Notes: a model not told the origin generated them from the letters alone. A stretch of DNA of 64,000 nucleotides from an uncultured Chloroflexia bacterium (GCA_963749705.1 CAVVNQ010000006.1:128001-192000); one strand, 5' to 3'. Counted from the first letter of the stretch, positions 41,145 to 51,494 are shown. Numbers and translations are program-made.

Positions 41145-41696
41145 GTGAAGCTCAGCAAGACCCTCGTGCTCCCCGTTGCAGCGCTGCTCGTCGTGAGCGC
41201 CGCCGGCGCGGTGTTCGCAACGACCGGCTCCCCCGCCCCGGCCGGGACCGACAACGTCATCCCGGCCGCAGACGCCACGCCGACGCCGGCCGCCTCGACC
41301 GCACCCGCGCCGGTCGCCAAGGACTCGCTCCTGTCGGACGTGCTCGACGGCCTGGTCACCAAGGGCACCATCACGGCCGGCCAGAAGACCGCGATCCTCG
41401 ATGCGCTGGCGACGGAGCGAACCGCCCGCCGGACGCTGCGGCAGCAGGAACGCCAGCAGCTCAAGGATTTCCTGTCCGATGGCGTCATCACGCAGGATGA
41501 GCTCGCCCAGCTGCCCGCTGACAGCCCGATCCGGAAGCTCACCGGGATCCTCGACGACGGCAAGATCACGGTCGACGAGCTTCGTGGCCTCCGGCGTGGA
41601 CTGCTCGGCGGCCGTGGCCCCGGCCGCCTTGGCGGAGGTGGGCTGTTCGGCGGCCCCAGGGCAACCCCCGCACCGAGCACGGGCACCAGCGGCTGA
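41145..41696 (+). CDS. secreted helical protein of unknown function
   Basis: GGAGG RBS, signal peptide ending AVFA, repeated G.IT motifs (LVTKGTIT, LSDGVIT, LDDGKIT). Confidence 0.75.
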   Translation: MKLSKTLVLPVAALLVVSAAGAVFATTGSPAPAGTDNVIPAADATPTPAASTAPAPVAKDSLLSDVLDGLVTKGTITAGQKTAILDALATERTARRTLRQQERQQLKDFLSDGVITQDELAQLPADSPIRKLTGILDDGKITVDELRGLRRGLLGGRGPGRLGGGGLFGGPRATPAPSTGTSG

Positions 41697-41837
41697 GCCG
41701 CTCCCGGCACTCGCGATCCTCATGGCCCGCCGGCAACGGCGGGCCATGCTCTTGCCTCCGCGACGGGGTGTCGCATCACGCGCCATCGCCGCGGTGGGTC
41801 CTCGCGGTGTCCCGGCCAGCCACGACGACGCAGGCGG

Positions 41838-41999
41838 CGTGGCCCGTGGCGCCACGAAGTCGCCGTCGGTGCGCCCGGACTAAGCGTTTGGCCGGGCTTC
41901 GTGGCTCGTGGCGCCACGAAGTCGCCGTTGGTGCTCCCGAATCAGCCCGGATCGAACGGTTTGGCCGGCCTTCGTGGCCCGTGGCGCCACAGAGTCGCC
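41838..41999. repeat. three degenerate copies of a palindrome-containing REP-like unit
   Basis: CGTGGC(C/T)CGTGGCGCCAC(GAA/AGA)GTCGCC at 41838, 41900 and 41973. Confidence 0.85.
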
Positions 42000-42205
42000 C
42001 TTCGGACCCTGCCCGAGCTCGACCGGGGCGGATTCGGGGCCTCGCAGCCAACGGTCTCTGCTGCGCCGCGCAGGCCGCCGCCCCGCGCCGGCCGCCGACC
42101 CGCGCCGACGGGCAACGCCCCCGAGCAGCCTTCCGTTGCGTTTCGGTTGCGACGGCGCCCGGGGGTTGACGCGACCCCACCCGTTGCCCCATCCTCCGGG
42201 GCCTG

Positions 42206-42292
42206 ATGAGTCACACCACCGTCTCCTGGTCGATGTGTATGCGTGGGCGGCCCCGCCGTGCGGAGGATGGGCGCCGAGCAATCCCGCGCTGA
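42206..42292 (+). CDS. putative 28-aa leader peptide MSHTTVSWSMCMRGRPRRAEDGRRAIPR
   Basis: Follows a TTGACG..CATCCT promoter-like pair; contains ATG-TGT-ATG; precedes a terminator and metY. Confidence 0.55.
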   Translation: MSHTTVSWSMCMRGRPRRAEDGRRAIPR

Positions 42293-42332
42293 ACGTCAGC
42301 GAGTGACAGCGGGATCTCGGAGCTGAGGTCCC

Positions 42333-42370
42333 GGGGCCGCGAACCGATGGGTTCGTGGCTCTTTTGTTTC
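42333..42370 (+). terminator. intrinsic terminator (attenuator) in the metY leader
   Basis: GGGGCCGCGAACC-gatg-GGTTCGTGGCTC-TTTTGTTTC. Confidence 0.85.
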
Positions 42371-42460
42371 TCCGGCATACACGACGGGTAGCCGCCGAGC
42401 TCGACCCTTCTGGGGCCCTCGACGCAATCCACACCCGCCGACCAACCGGAGAGACCCGCA

Positions 42461-43799
<1,339 letters not shown>

Positions 43800-43804
43800 G
43801 CGCC

Positions 43805-44944
43805 ATGGCGCCAACCGGCACGCAGTCCCCGGGGCGTACGCGCGCTCCGGGGACCTCGCCCTCGTCGCGGGGACCGGCCTCGCCCCCGCTGGGGACGGGG
43901 CGCATCCAGACCGTCGAACTAGGGGTAGGGGCTTTGGACCTCGACGCGGGCGGCCACCTGCCGTCGGTCACCCTCGCCTACCGCCACGACGGGCCGGGGC
44001 CGGATGCCCCACAGGTCCTCGTGATCCACGCGCTCACCGGCTCCGCCGACGCGGCCGGTGACTGGTGGGCGCCGCTCATCGGGGCGGGGCGCGCGTTCGA
44101 CACCACCAAGGTCGGCGTCCTGTGCGCCAACCTGCTCGGCGGTCGCTACGGCTCCACCGGGCCCACCTCGATCGATCCCGCGACCGGAGCGCCATGGGGC
44201 GCCTCCTTTCCGGTCGTCTCGGCTCGCGACGAGGCCCGCGTGCTGTGGGCGCTCGCCGACGAGCTCGACATCGAGCGGTTCGCCCTCGTCACCGGCGGTT
44301 CGCTGGGCGGGATGATCGCGCTCGAGGTCGCACTGGCGCGGCCGGACCGGGTCGGTCACGTGGTGCCCATCGCGGCGCCCGCGGCAACGACCGGGCTCGC
44401 GCTTGCCTGGAACCACATCCAGGTCGGGCTGGTGGACCGCTTCGGCGTCGAGGGCCTGAGCTTCGCGCGCCAGCTGGCGATGACGACCTATCGCTCGGAG
44501 GCCGATTTCGACCTCAGGTTCGCGCGACAGCAGGAGGAGGACGGCCGGTTCTCGATCGCGTCCTACCTCGACCACCAGGGCGCCAGGCTTGTCGACCGGT
44601 TCGATCCCGACACCTATCGCACCCTGGTCCGGATCATGGACGGGCACGACATCGGCCGCGGTCGGGGCGGAGCCGTGGCAGCGCTGCGGGCGCTGGCCGG
44701 CGCCGGGACGCTGCTGACCGGGCTCGCCGTCGGCGGCGACATCCTGTATGGACCGGACCAGGTCCGGGCGCTGGTCGCCGATGCCACGGCGGCCGGCGTC
44801 GATGCCCGGTATCTCGAGCTCAACTCCACGAAGGGGCACGACGCGTTCCTGGTCGAGTGGGAGCAGCTGACCAGCGTGCTGTCGGCTGCGCTCGCCCTCG
44901 GGCCTGCCCGCACCGGACCGCTCGGCGTCACCGGCGCGGCCTGA
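43805..44944 (+). CDS. metX: homoserine O-acetyltransferase
   Basis: HALTG, GWW-like DWW, GGSLGGM, ARQLAM.TYRS, SYL.HQG, GHDAFL. Confidence 0.9.
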   Translation: MAPTGTQSPGRTRAPGTSPSSRGPASPPLGTGRIQTVELGVGALDLDAGGHLPSVTLAYRHDGPGPDAPQVLVIHALTGSADAAGDWWAPLIGAGRAFDTTKVGVLCANLLGGRYGSTGPTSIDPATGAPWGASFPVVSARDEARVLWALADELDIERFALVTGGSLGGMIALEVALARPDRVGHVVPIAAPAATTGLALAWNHIQVGLVDRFGVEGLSFARQLAMTTYRSEADFDLRFARQQEEDGRFSIASYLDHQGARLVDRFDPDTYRTLVRIMDGHDIGRGRGGAVAALRALAGAGTLLTGLAVGGDILYGPDQVRALVADATAAGVDARYLELNSTKGHDAFLVEWEQLTSVLSAALALGPARTGPLGVTGAA

Positions 44945-45025
44945 TCCGACCACGCGCGACCGGGCATGGTCGCCGGATACGGCTGCTGGAACCGGACGGC
45001 AGGTGCGGTAGAATCGCGCGGTCGC

Positions 45026-45100
45026 TGGCGCGTGGCCTAACGGTATGGCACCTGACTCTGGATCAGGGGGTTCCAGGTTCGAATCCTGGCGCGCCAGCCA
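45026..45100 (+). tRNA. tRNA-Gln(CTG)
   Basis: Acceptor TGGCGCG/CGCGCCA, anticodon arm CCTGA-CTCTGGA-TCAGG, T-loop GGTTCGAATCC, encoded CCA; -10 TAGAAT upstream. Confidence 0.96.
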
Positions 45101-45102
45101 AC

Positions 45103-45150
45103 ACACAACCTGTGGTGCAGCCAACGTGGCTTGACCACCAGATGTTGTGG
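45103..45150 (+). promoter_or_regulatory. tandem 16-bp NrdR-box-like sites that are inverted repeats of each other
   Basis: ACACAACCTGTGGTGC (45103) and CCACCAGATGTTGTGG (45135), 32 bp start to start. Confidence 0.55.
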
Positions 45151-45190
45151 TTTCGACCCTCCTCGGACGCCACGCCGAGGAGGCCGCTCG

Positions 45191-46177
45191 ATGGCTAGTA
45201 CGCCTGACTCCTACCCCGTTCGTTCGCCTGATTCACGTAGGAATCGGCGCGCTTCGCTTGATTCTGTTGCCCCTGATCACTTCTCAGGCGGCGATCCGCT
45301 CGCCGTTGGGCTCGGCACCGCGGTCGATCTGTTCCTCGCGGCAAAGGCCGCCGAGGGCGCGTCGCCGAACACGGTCGAGTGGTACCGGATGATCACCGGC
45401 CGCGCCGTGCGCCGGCTCGGCCCCGGCCGGCCGCTCGACGGCGTCGGGGCGCCCGAGCTGCGCGCCTGGCTGCTCGAGCTGCGCGCGACGCTCTCCCCCG
45501 AGTCGATCGCCGGCTACGTCCGCGGCCTCAAGGCGTTCGGCAACTGGTGCGCGGCCGAGGAGCTGGGCGAGGCCGCCGGCTTCCGGGCGCTCCGGCGGCC
45601 GCGCGTCCCGCGCCGGCTCATCGCCCCCTTCACCGACGCCGAGCTGCAGCGGATGCTCGCCCTCGCCGAGCCCCGCGAGCGCGCCATCGTCCTGCTCCTG
45701 CTCGACACCGGGCTGCGGCTCGCCGAGGCGCAGCAGCTCCGGGTCGGCGACCTGCGGCCCGACGGGACGGTCCGGGTCATGGGCAAGGGCTCGAGGGAGC
45801 GGATCGTGCCCGTCGGCGCCACCGCCCGCCGGGCGGTCGTACGCTACGTCGCGGGGCGCGGCGCCGCCCGCCCGGGCGACGCGCTCTTCGTCGGCGCGCG
45901 CGGGGGGCCGATCCAGAGGCGCACCCTCCAGAGGGCGATCGCGGATCTCGGGCGGCGCGCCGGGGTCGGCACCCGCTGCAGCCCCCACACCTTCCGCCAC
46001 ACGTTCGCCCGCAGCTTCCTCGTCAACGGCGGCGACGTCTTCAGCCTGCAGCAGATCCTGGGCCACACCACGCTCGACATGGTCCGCCGCTACGTCAGCC
46101 TGACTGAGGCCGATCTCGTCGCGAGGCACCGGGCCGCGTCGCCGGCCGACCGGCTGGCGCGGGGCCGCACGGCGTGA
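45191..46177 (+). CDS. tyrosine recombinase/integrase 1
   Basis: DTGLRLAE, VMGKG.RER.VP, SPHTFRHTFA, ILGH, RRY: all catalytic residues present. Confidence 0.93.
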   Translation: MASTPDSYPVRSPDSRRNRRASLDSVAPDHFSGGDPLAVGLGTAVDLFLAAKAAEGASPNTVEWYRMITGRAVRRLGPGRPLDGVGAPELRAWLLELRATLSPESIAGYVRGLKAFGNWCAAEELGEAAGFRALRRPRVPRRLIAPFTDAELQRMLALAEPRERAIVLLLLDTGLRLAEAQQLRVGDLRPDGTVRVMGKGSRERIVPVGATARRAVVRYVAGRGAARPGDALFVGARGGPIQRRTLQRAIADLGRRAGVGTRCSPHTFRHTFARSFLVNGGDVFSLQQILGHTTLDMVRRYVSLTEADLVARHRAASPADRLARGRTA

Positions 46178-46256
46178 CGGCCGAGGGTGCGCGGGGCGCA
46201 GCGCGGCGATGGTCCGGCGTCAGGCGAGCCGGCATCGGAACCCGTGCGCCGCCGCT

Positions 46257-47204
46257 TCAGAGGCGGTCGACAGGCGAGACCCGCCGGTGCACGGCGCGGA
46301 GGTCGTCGTCGAGCAGCCGGACATAGCGGCGCGTCACCTGCAGCGAGGCCGGGCTGTGGCCGAGGATGCGCTGGAGCGAGAAGACGTCGCCCCCGTTGGT
46401 CAGGAACGCCCGCGCGAAGCTGTGGCGGAGGACGTGCGGCGAGCAGCGCCCGGAAAAGCCGGACGCACGGCCGAGGCGCCGGACGAGCAGCTGGACGGCC
46501 CGCGGCGTCAGGCGGGCCCCTCGACGCCCGACGAACAGCGGATCGTCTGCAGAGAGTGGCCCGCGGGCAACGAGCGACATCCGGACGGCGCGCCGCGCCC
46601 GGCCGCCGAGCGGGACCACCCGCTCCCTCGACCCCTTGCCCATGACGCGGCAGCGCCCTTCAATGAGGTCGACGTCCCCGACCGAGAGGGACACGAGCTC
46701 GCCCAGCCGGATGCCCGTGTCGAGCAGCAGGAGCACGATCGCCCGGTCGCGGACCACGGCCTCGGAGCCGCCGTCGACCGCGGCCAGCAGCGCCCGCATC
46801 TGCGCGGCGGTGAGACTCGGGACCAGGACGTCCGGAACCCTGGGCGGCGAGAGCCCCGCGAGGGGGTCCGCGCCCAGCCCGAGCTCCCGCTGCAGCCAGT
46901 GGCCGAACGCGCGCAGCGTGCGGACGCGTCCGGCGACCGAGTTCGGCGCCAGGGGCCGGAGCCTCGCGGCCTGGGCCGCGAGCAGCCAGCGTCGAGCGGT
47001 CACGGGCGACAGGTGGCGCAGGGCTGCTGCCTCGCCGTCACGCGCCGCGAACCCTGCGAAGTCGTCGAGGTACGCGCGGTACCAGTCGATCGTGCGGCGG
47101 CTGCGGCCCGCGACTTCGAGCGCGGCCGTGTACTCCTCGATGAGTTCGCGCAGCGGGAGGTCACCGAGACCCGCGAACGACGGCGCCGCGGCCACCGGCG
47201 CCAT
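46257..47204 (-). CDS. tyrosine recombinase/integrase 2 (paralog of 1, convergent)
   Basis: DTGIRLGE, VMGKGSRERVVP, SPHVLRHSFA, ILGH, TRRY. Confidence 0.93.
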   Translation of the reverse strand: MAPVAAAPSFAGLGDLPLRELIEEYTAALEVAGRSRRTIDWYRAYLDDFAGFAARDGEAAALRHLSPVTARRWLLAAQAARLRPLAPNSVAGRVRTLRAFGHWLQRELGLGADPLAGLSPPRVPDVLVPSLTAAQMRALLAAVDGGSEAVVRDRAIVLLLLDTGIRLGELVSLSVGDVDLIEGRCRVMGKGSRERVVPLGGRARRAVRMSLVARGPLSADDPLFVGRRGARLTPRAVQLLVRRLGRASGFSGRCSPHVLRHSFARAFLTNGGDVFSLQRILGHSPASLQVTRRYVRLLDDDLRAVHRRVSPVDRL

Positions 47205-47308
47205 CACTCCGCGCCCCGCGCGAGTGGGGCGGCGCGATGCCGTCGACCTGCCCAGATGGGTGCCCGAGTCCTTCCTGCTGGCGCTTCGTAGGTCATGGAC
47301 CATGACAA

Positions 47309-48580
47309 CTACCGCCGCCCCGTTAGTTCTGTTAGTTCGGCCCGCCGGCGCAGGTACGAGCCGAACAGGGGCAGGGCGAAGTCATACGTGCCGCGCGTCG
47401 GCCGGTAGACGAGGCCGCGGTCGACGAGCCGCCGCACGACGACGTCGACGTTCGCGAGGTCGGCCAGGGAGCGGCGCAGGCTCAGCGCCGAGAGGCGCCC
47501 CCCGGCGCGGGCCATGGCATCGAGCACCCGCCCGCCGGCCACGCCGGCGACGAGGTAGCGGTCCTCGAAGAACGCGAGGTCGAGCTCGTGGAGCAGGCTC
47601 GACTCGAGCGCCTGGTAGTCCGTGAGCGTGACGTCGGCCCGGCCGACCCGGCTGCACAGGAAGCCGCCGAAGAACTGCAGGAAGTACGGATAGCCGCCCG
47701 TCCGCTCCACGATCTCGCCGACGAGCGGGAGATCGAAGGTGCGACCGCTGCCCGAGAGCGGGATCCCGAGTGCGTCCCACGCATCGCCGCGTTCGAGATG
47801 GCCGATGACCACGTGGCGGAACATCCGCTCGGCATACGTCCGCGCCCGCTTGAGGTTGAGGCTCAGGGTCGGCAGACCGCACAGGACCAGGCGCACCCGG
47901 CTCGACGTCCGCTGCGCCTGTCCGAACCCGGCCAGCAGCGACGAGAGCGGGTATCGCTCCTGCCGTCGGTCGTCGCCGAGCAGGTGGGCTTCGTCGTACA
48001 GGAACAGCACGCCCGGGACGTCCGTCTGCGCGAGCGCACCGTCGAGCGCTGCGAGCGCCGCCCGGATCGTCTCGGCCGCGTCGCGCGACTCGGCCTCGTA
48101 GGCGGGCTCGTAGCCCAGCTCACCGACCGAGAGGCGGCGGGGACGCACGTACTGCCACGCCCGCTCGATCGCGTCGCCCAGGCCCGCGAGCGCGCTGCAG
48201 CGCCGGACCAGGGCGGCGCAGTCGTCGGCGATCGCGTCGGCGAGCCGTGCGTCGTCGCGGTGGCGGTCGCTGAGCTCGCGCCCGAGGCACAGCCAGCCGG
48301 CCCGTTCCCCGCGCGTCGCGAACTCACCCAGCAGCACCGTCTTGCCGGTTCCCCGGATGCCGGTCAGCGTCCAGTTCGCGTGCGGCGGATGGGTCTCGCC
48401 GAGATAGCGCTCGAACTCGCCGAGGAGGACGTCGCGACCCGCGAGGTACGGCGGGGCAACGCCGTTGCCCGGACGGAACGGGTTGGCGAGCTGTTCGGTT
48501 CGAATGGTCGAATTGAGATCTGTCACATTGAGATCCTTGACCGCGATGCGGAAGCTGAGGCGGCTGCCAAAGCGCCCCAT
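47309..48580 (-). CDS. AAA+/STAND-like ATPase with C-terminal winged helix; start uncertain
   Basis: NPFRPG.G..PPYLAGR, Walker A GIRGTGKT, Walker B LFLYDEAH, TGGYPYFLQ, GLVY.PTRG.YDF. Confidence 0.88.
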   Translation of the reverse strand: MGRFGSRLSFRIAVKDLNVTDLNSTIRTEQLANPFRPGNGVAPPYLAGRDVLLGEFERYLGETHPPHANWTLTGIRGTGKTVLLGEFATRGERAGWLCLGRELSDRHRDDARLADAIADDCAALVRRCSALAGLGDAIERAWQYVRPRRLSVGELGYEPAYEAESRDAAETIRAALAALDGALAQTDVPGVLFLYDEAHLLGDDRRQERYPLSSLLAGFGQAQRTSSRVRLVLCGLPTLSLNLKRARTYAERMFRHVVIGHLERGDAWDALGIPLSGSGRTFDLPLVGEIVERTGGYPYFLQFFGGFLCSRVGRADVTLTDYQALESSLLHELDLAFFEDRYLVAGVAGGRVLDAMARAGGRLSALSLRRSLADLANVDVVVRRLVDRGLVYRPTRGTYDFALPLFGSYLRRRAELTELTGRR

Positions 48581-48649
48581 GGGCGCCTTCCAGAGCCGAC
48601 GTGCACCGTGCTGAGCGTGATCTCACCTTCGCTCGAGGTCAATGGCGAC

Positions 48650-48673
48650 TGTGTACGGCAGTGTGTACGCCAG
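48650..48673. repeat. 12-bp direct repeat pair, possible integrase arm-type sites
   Basis: TGTGTACGGCAG TGTGTACGCCAG. Confidence 0.5.
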
Positions 48674-48684
48674 ACAGTTGCGCG

Positions 48685-49069
48685 GCCGAGACCCTGTTCC
48701 GCGACTGGGACGATCTCACGGCCTTCTACGACTACCCGGCCGAGCACTGGATCCACCTGCGCACGAGCAATCCGGTCGAGTCGGTCTTCGCCGGCGTCCG
48801 GCTGCGGACCAACGTGTCCAAGCGGATGCGTCGGCGCGACTCGGCCCTCTACCTGGTCTTCAAGATCACCCAACGGCTCGAGCTCGGCTGGCGACCGCTC
48901 AACGGCGGGCTGACCCTGATGACCCTCCTGCTGCGTGGTGCCCGCTTCGTCGACGGAATCTACATCCCGGCCGACATCGAGCGTCCGGACGACCCCGGAG
49001 AGGAGGTATCCGCGGCCTGATTCTCACGTTCGTTCGGAAGGGTGTTTCCACTCAACTTGACGAGGGCTC
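48685..49069 (+). mobile_element. IS256-family remnant (transposase C-terminus plus right end)
   Basis: L.AFYDYPAEHWIHLRTSNPVES.FA.VRLRT; end motif TCCACTCAACTTGACGAGGGCTC. Confidence 0.8.
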
Positions 49070-49361
49070 GGGAGGAAGCTCCGGCTGGTGTCGCTTGGAC
49101 AGTCCCATGTTCGACCGTCAGTCATCAGCGTTCCGGTGCCTGCGGCCCGACCGGGCGCGTCGACGCTCGGATCCGGGCGTCGCTTCTGGGACGGCGAGGT
49201 CGGAGGCCCAAGTGGGCTTGCGCCTCCTATAGCGACCTCAGCGTGGCGGAGATCCGGCTGGCACCCTCTCGCAGCTGACGGCACACGTCGTCGAGGATCA
49301 GTCGCTCCTGGCATCGCGACACCGCCCTAACCTTGCATTCCCATGCCCCAAATCCTCCGGC

Positions 49362-50498
49362 CTAGCCATGGGCCGCCCTTTCTCCGATCACGGCCGATAC
49401 GGCGTCGACCACCGTCTGCGCTTCACCTTCGTTCAATGTGTCGGGGGTCATGTAGAACATCTCGTCGCCCCCAGCCAAGACCGCGACCCTCGGGTTGCGG
49501 TCCCACAGGGCGTCTACGACATCCTTTGCGCTGAAGCCGAGTTCCAGGCGCGAGACGGTCACGCGCAGCCTCGGAGTCGGTTGTCCTGCCTCATTGGGCC
49601 ATGCGCGCTCCGCGCGCACGCCCGGGAGCTGCGACAGCTGCCCAGCCCATTCGGCCACGGTTGCCTCCCACCGAGCGAGTAGGGCTTCGTGATCCAGCGC
49701 GACGTATCGGCGAACCGCGGCAACGAGACCGGCGATCTCCTCCTTGCCGACCTTCATGGATCGGACGAGTCGCTGATTCGGGGTCCCATTCGCCCGAGCC
49801 GCCGCCACGAGATCGGCGCGTCCAAGGAGCAGCCCGCTCGCCTGAGGGCCCTTCAACGCTTTGCCACCGCTGAACACGACGAGGTCCGCTCCACAATCCC
49901 TGGTGAAGTACCAGAGATTGCTCGCCGGAGGTACCTGCGCCGCCGCATCGACGATGACGGGCACCCCGTGTGAATGGGCAATGGCAACCGTCTTGCGCAA
50001 ACTCAAGCTCGCTGGCGGGAGGTGGCTGCCGGCCACCCACACAACGGCCGCGGTTCGATCGGTGAGTGCACTCTCGAGCTCCCAGTCGAACGTTTGGAGA
50101 ACGTTCCCGATCTCCACGATCTTGCAGCCCACGAGATCAATTGCGCGGTCGTAGGGGATCCGGTGGGCACGGTGCATCACCACGTCCGTTCGCAGTCCCG
50201 TGCCTCCAGGCATCGCGGCGATCGCGGCCGGGTCGCCGCCGGTGACGCACGCGAGGACGCCATGAGCGATCGCCGCCGCGGCGCCACAGGTAACATAAGC
50301 GGACTCGTTGCGGGTCAGACGTGCCAGCTCCTCTCCCGCCAGCACGAAGAGCTCGTTCATGTCCACCTGATAGCGCGACGCATCGGCCATCGCGCGCACG
50401 ACCTCTTCCGGCAGGGTCCCCCCGCCCAACGCGGTCAGAGTCGCTGCGGCGTTCAGCACCTGCCGAGCGCCCAACGCGCCGACTTGCTCGCTAGTCAC
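49362..50498 (-). CDS. SelA-like PLP enzyme (DgaE-like ammonia-lyase family)
   Basis: VLNAA..LT.LGG, VTCGAAAA, IVDAAAQ, FSGGK..GPQ.SG, MKVGKEEI. Confidence 0.85.
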   Translation of the reverse strand: MTSEQVGALGARQVLNAAATLTALGGGTLPEEVVRAMADASRYQVDMNELFVLAGEELARLTRNESAYVTCGAAAAIAHGVLACVTGGDPAAIAAMPGGTGLRTDVVMHRAHRIPYDRAIDLVGCKIVEIGNVLQTFDWELESALTDRTAAVVWVAGSHLPPASLSLRKTVAIAHSHGVPVIVDAAAQVPPASNLWYFTRDCGADLVVFSGGKALKGPQASGLLLGRADLVAAARANGTPNQRLVRSMKVGKEEIAGLVAAVRRYVALDHEALLARWEATVAEWAGQLSQLPGVRAERAWPNEAGQPTPRLRVTVSRLELGFSAKDVVDALWDRNPRVAVLAGGDEMFYMTPDTLNEGEAQTVVDAVSAVIGERAAHG

Positions 50499-50912
50499 TG
50501 GTGAAGGCTCCCTTCGTGTCGCGGCCGCTATCCAAGGCCCGTCCCGGCGTGCCCATCTATAGGCGTCGGCTTGGCTCGTCGTTCGACATTCGGTGCGCGA
50601 ATCCGGAACCTCGGGCCCGCTCGCGACCGCGACAAGCAGCCTCCGATCGCCACCGTGGCTTCAGCGAGTCCATGCGGAGGATCGCCTCGCGGCTTCGCGG
50701 GTTGCGCCGGGTCAGTATCGGACGGCAGGCCCTCGAAATGTCGAGCACCAAATCGACGTTCGATCTGCGTTCGTCTCCGCACCCGAGGAGCCGGACGTCA
50801 TTGGTCAGATCGTCGATCACGTCGGTCACACCGTCGCGGCTGACCTGCGCGCAGTCCTCCCGATCGGCCTCCGGGACGGTGACGGTCGTGAATACCGCCT
50901 GCGAGATGCGCA

Positions 50913-51335
50913 TCACGTCCGCCTTGTGGAGGTACGCCTCGTCGGAACAGCAGCCCCGCCCAGGACGGCGATCGCCTGGATCTCGACGAGAATGCCGGTC
51001 CCCACAATGTGCGCCTGAACGGTGGCGCGCGCGGGAGGATCCGAGGGGAAGAACTCCGCGTAGGCCGAGTTGTAGGCCGCGAAGTCCTCGTCCGCGTGCT
51101 CGAGGAACGCGGTCACATAACACACGTCGGCGAGGGTTCCGCCAACGGAGGCTAGTCCGGTCCCGAGGTTCCGTAGGGCTTGTCGCGTCTGCGTGCCCAC
51201 GTCGTTGCCGACGAGTCGCCGGTCTTCGTCCTGGCCGGCCACGCCGGCCAGGAACACGAAATCACCGACACGGACAACTTGGCTGTAGCAACCGCCGGGC
51301 GAAGGCGCACCCGGGGGATTCATCGCCTGTCTCAT
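50913..51335 (-). CDS. RidA/Rid family imine deaminase
   Basis: YSQ.V..GDF.FLAG, QT.QAL.N, N..Y.EFF...PPARATV, VEIQAIA. Confidence 0.9.
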   Translation of the reverse strand: MRQAMNPPGAPSPGGCYSQVVRVGDFVFLAGVAGQDEDRRLVGNDVGTQTRQALRNLGTGLASVGGTLADVCYVTAFLEHADEDFAAYNSAYAEFFPSDPPARATVQAHIVGTGILVEIQAIAVLGGAAVPTRRTSTRRT

Positions 51336-51494
51336 GTCTACTCCTTTCCCGTCTGGTTTCCGCGGCCCGAGAGATGCCGGCTGCTCTGCTCACCCCGCGA
51401 AGGCCGCGAACGAGATGAGCTGTCAACGTGCCGAAGGGCGCGCGCCCGGCCTCGAGCCGATAGGAACGCTGTTCCAGTGTCCAAGCGCGCACTG

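Noticed and set aside
42200-42370. SAM riboswitch or T-box upstream of metY
   Set aside because: I could not find the SAM-I (ATC..GAG..GCAACC..GTGC..GAT), SAM-IV or T-box (GGTGGNACC) cores by eye; an Rfam scan is still advisable
45191-47204. Chromosomal XerC/XerD with dif, or a RIT element
   Set aside because: No dif-like 28-mer seen; there are two convergent genes rather than three co-oriented ones
49362-50498. Selenocysteine synthase selA
   Set aside because: Too short, no selB/selC/selD nearby, and the context is catabolic; fits the SelA-like DgaE family better
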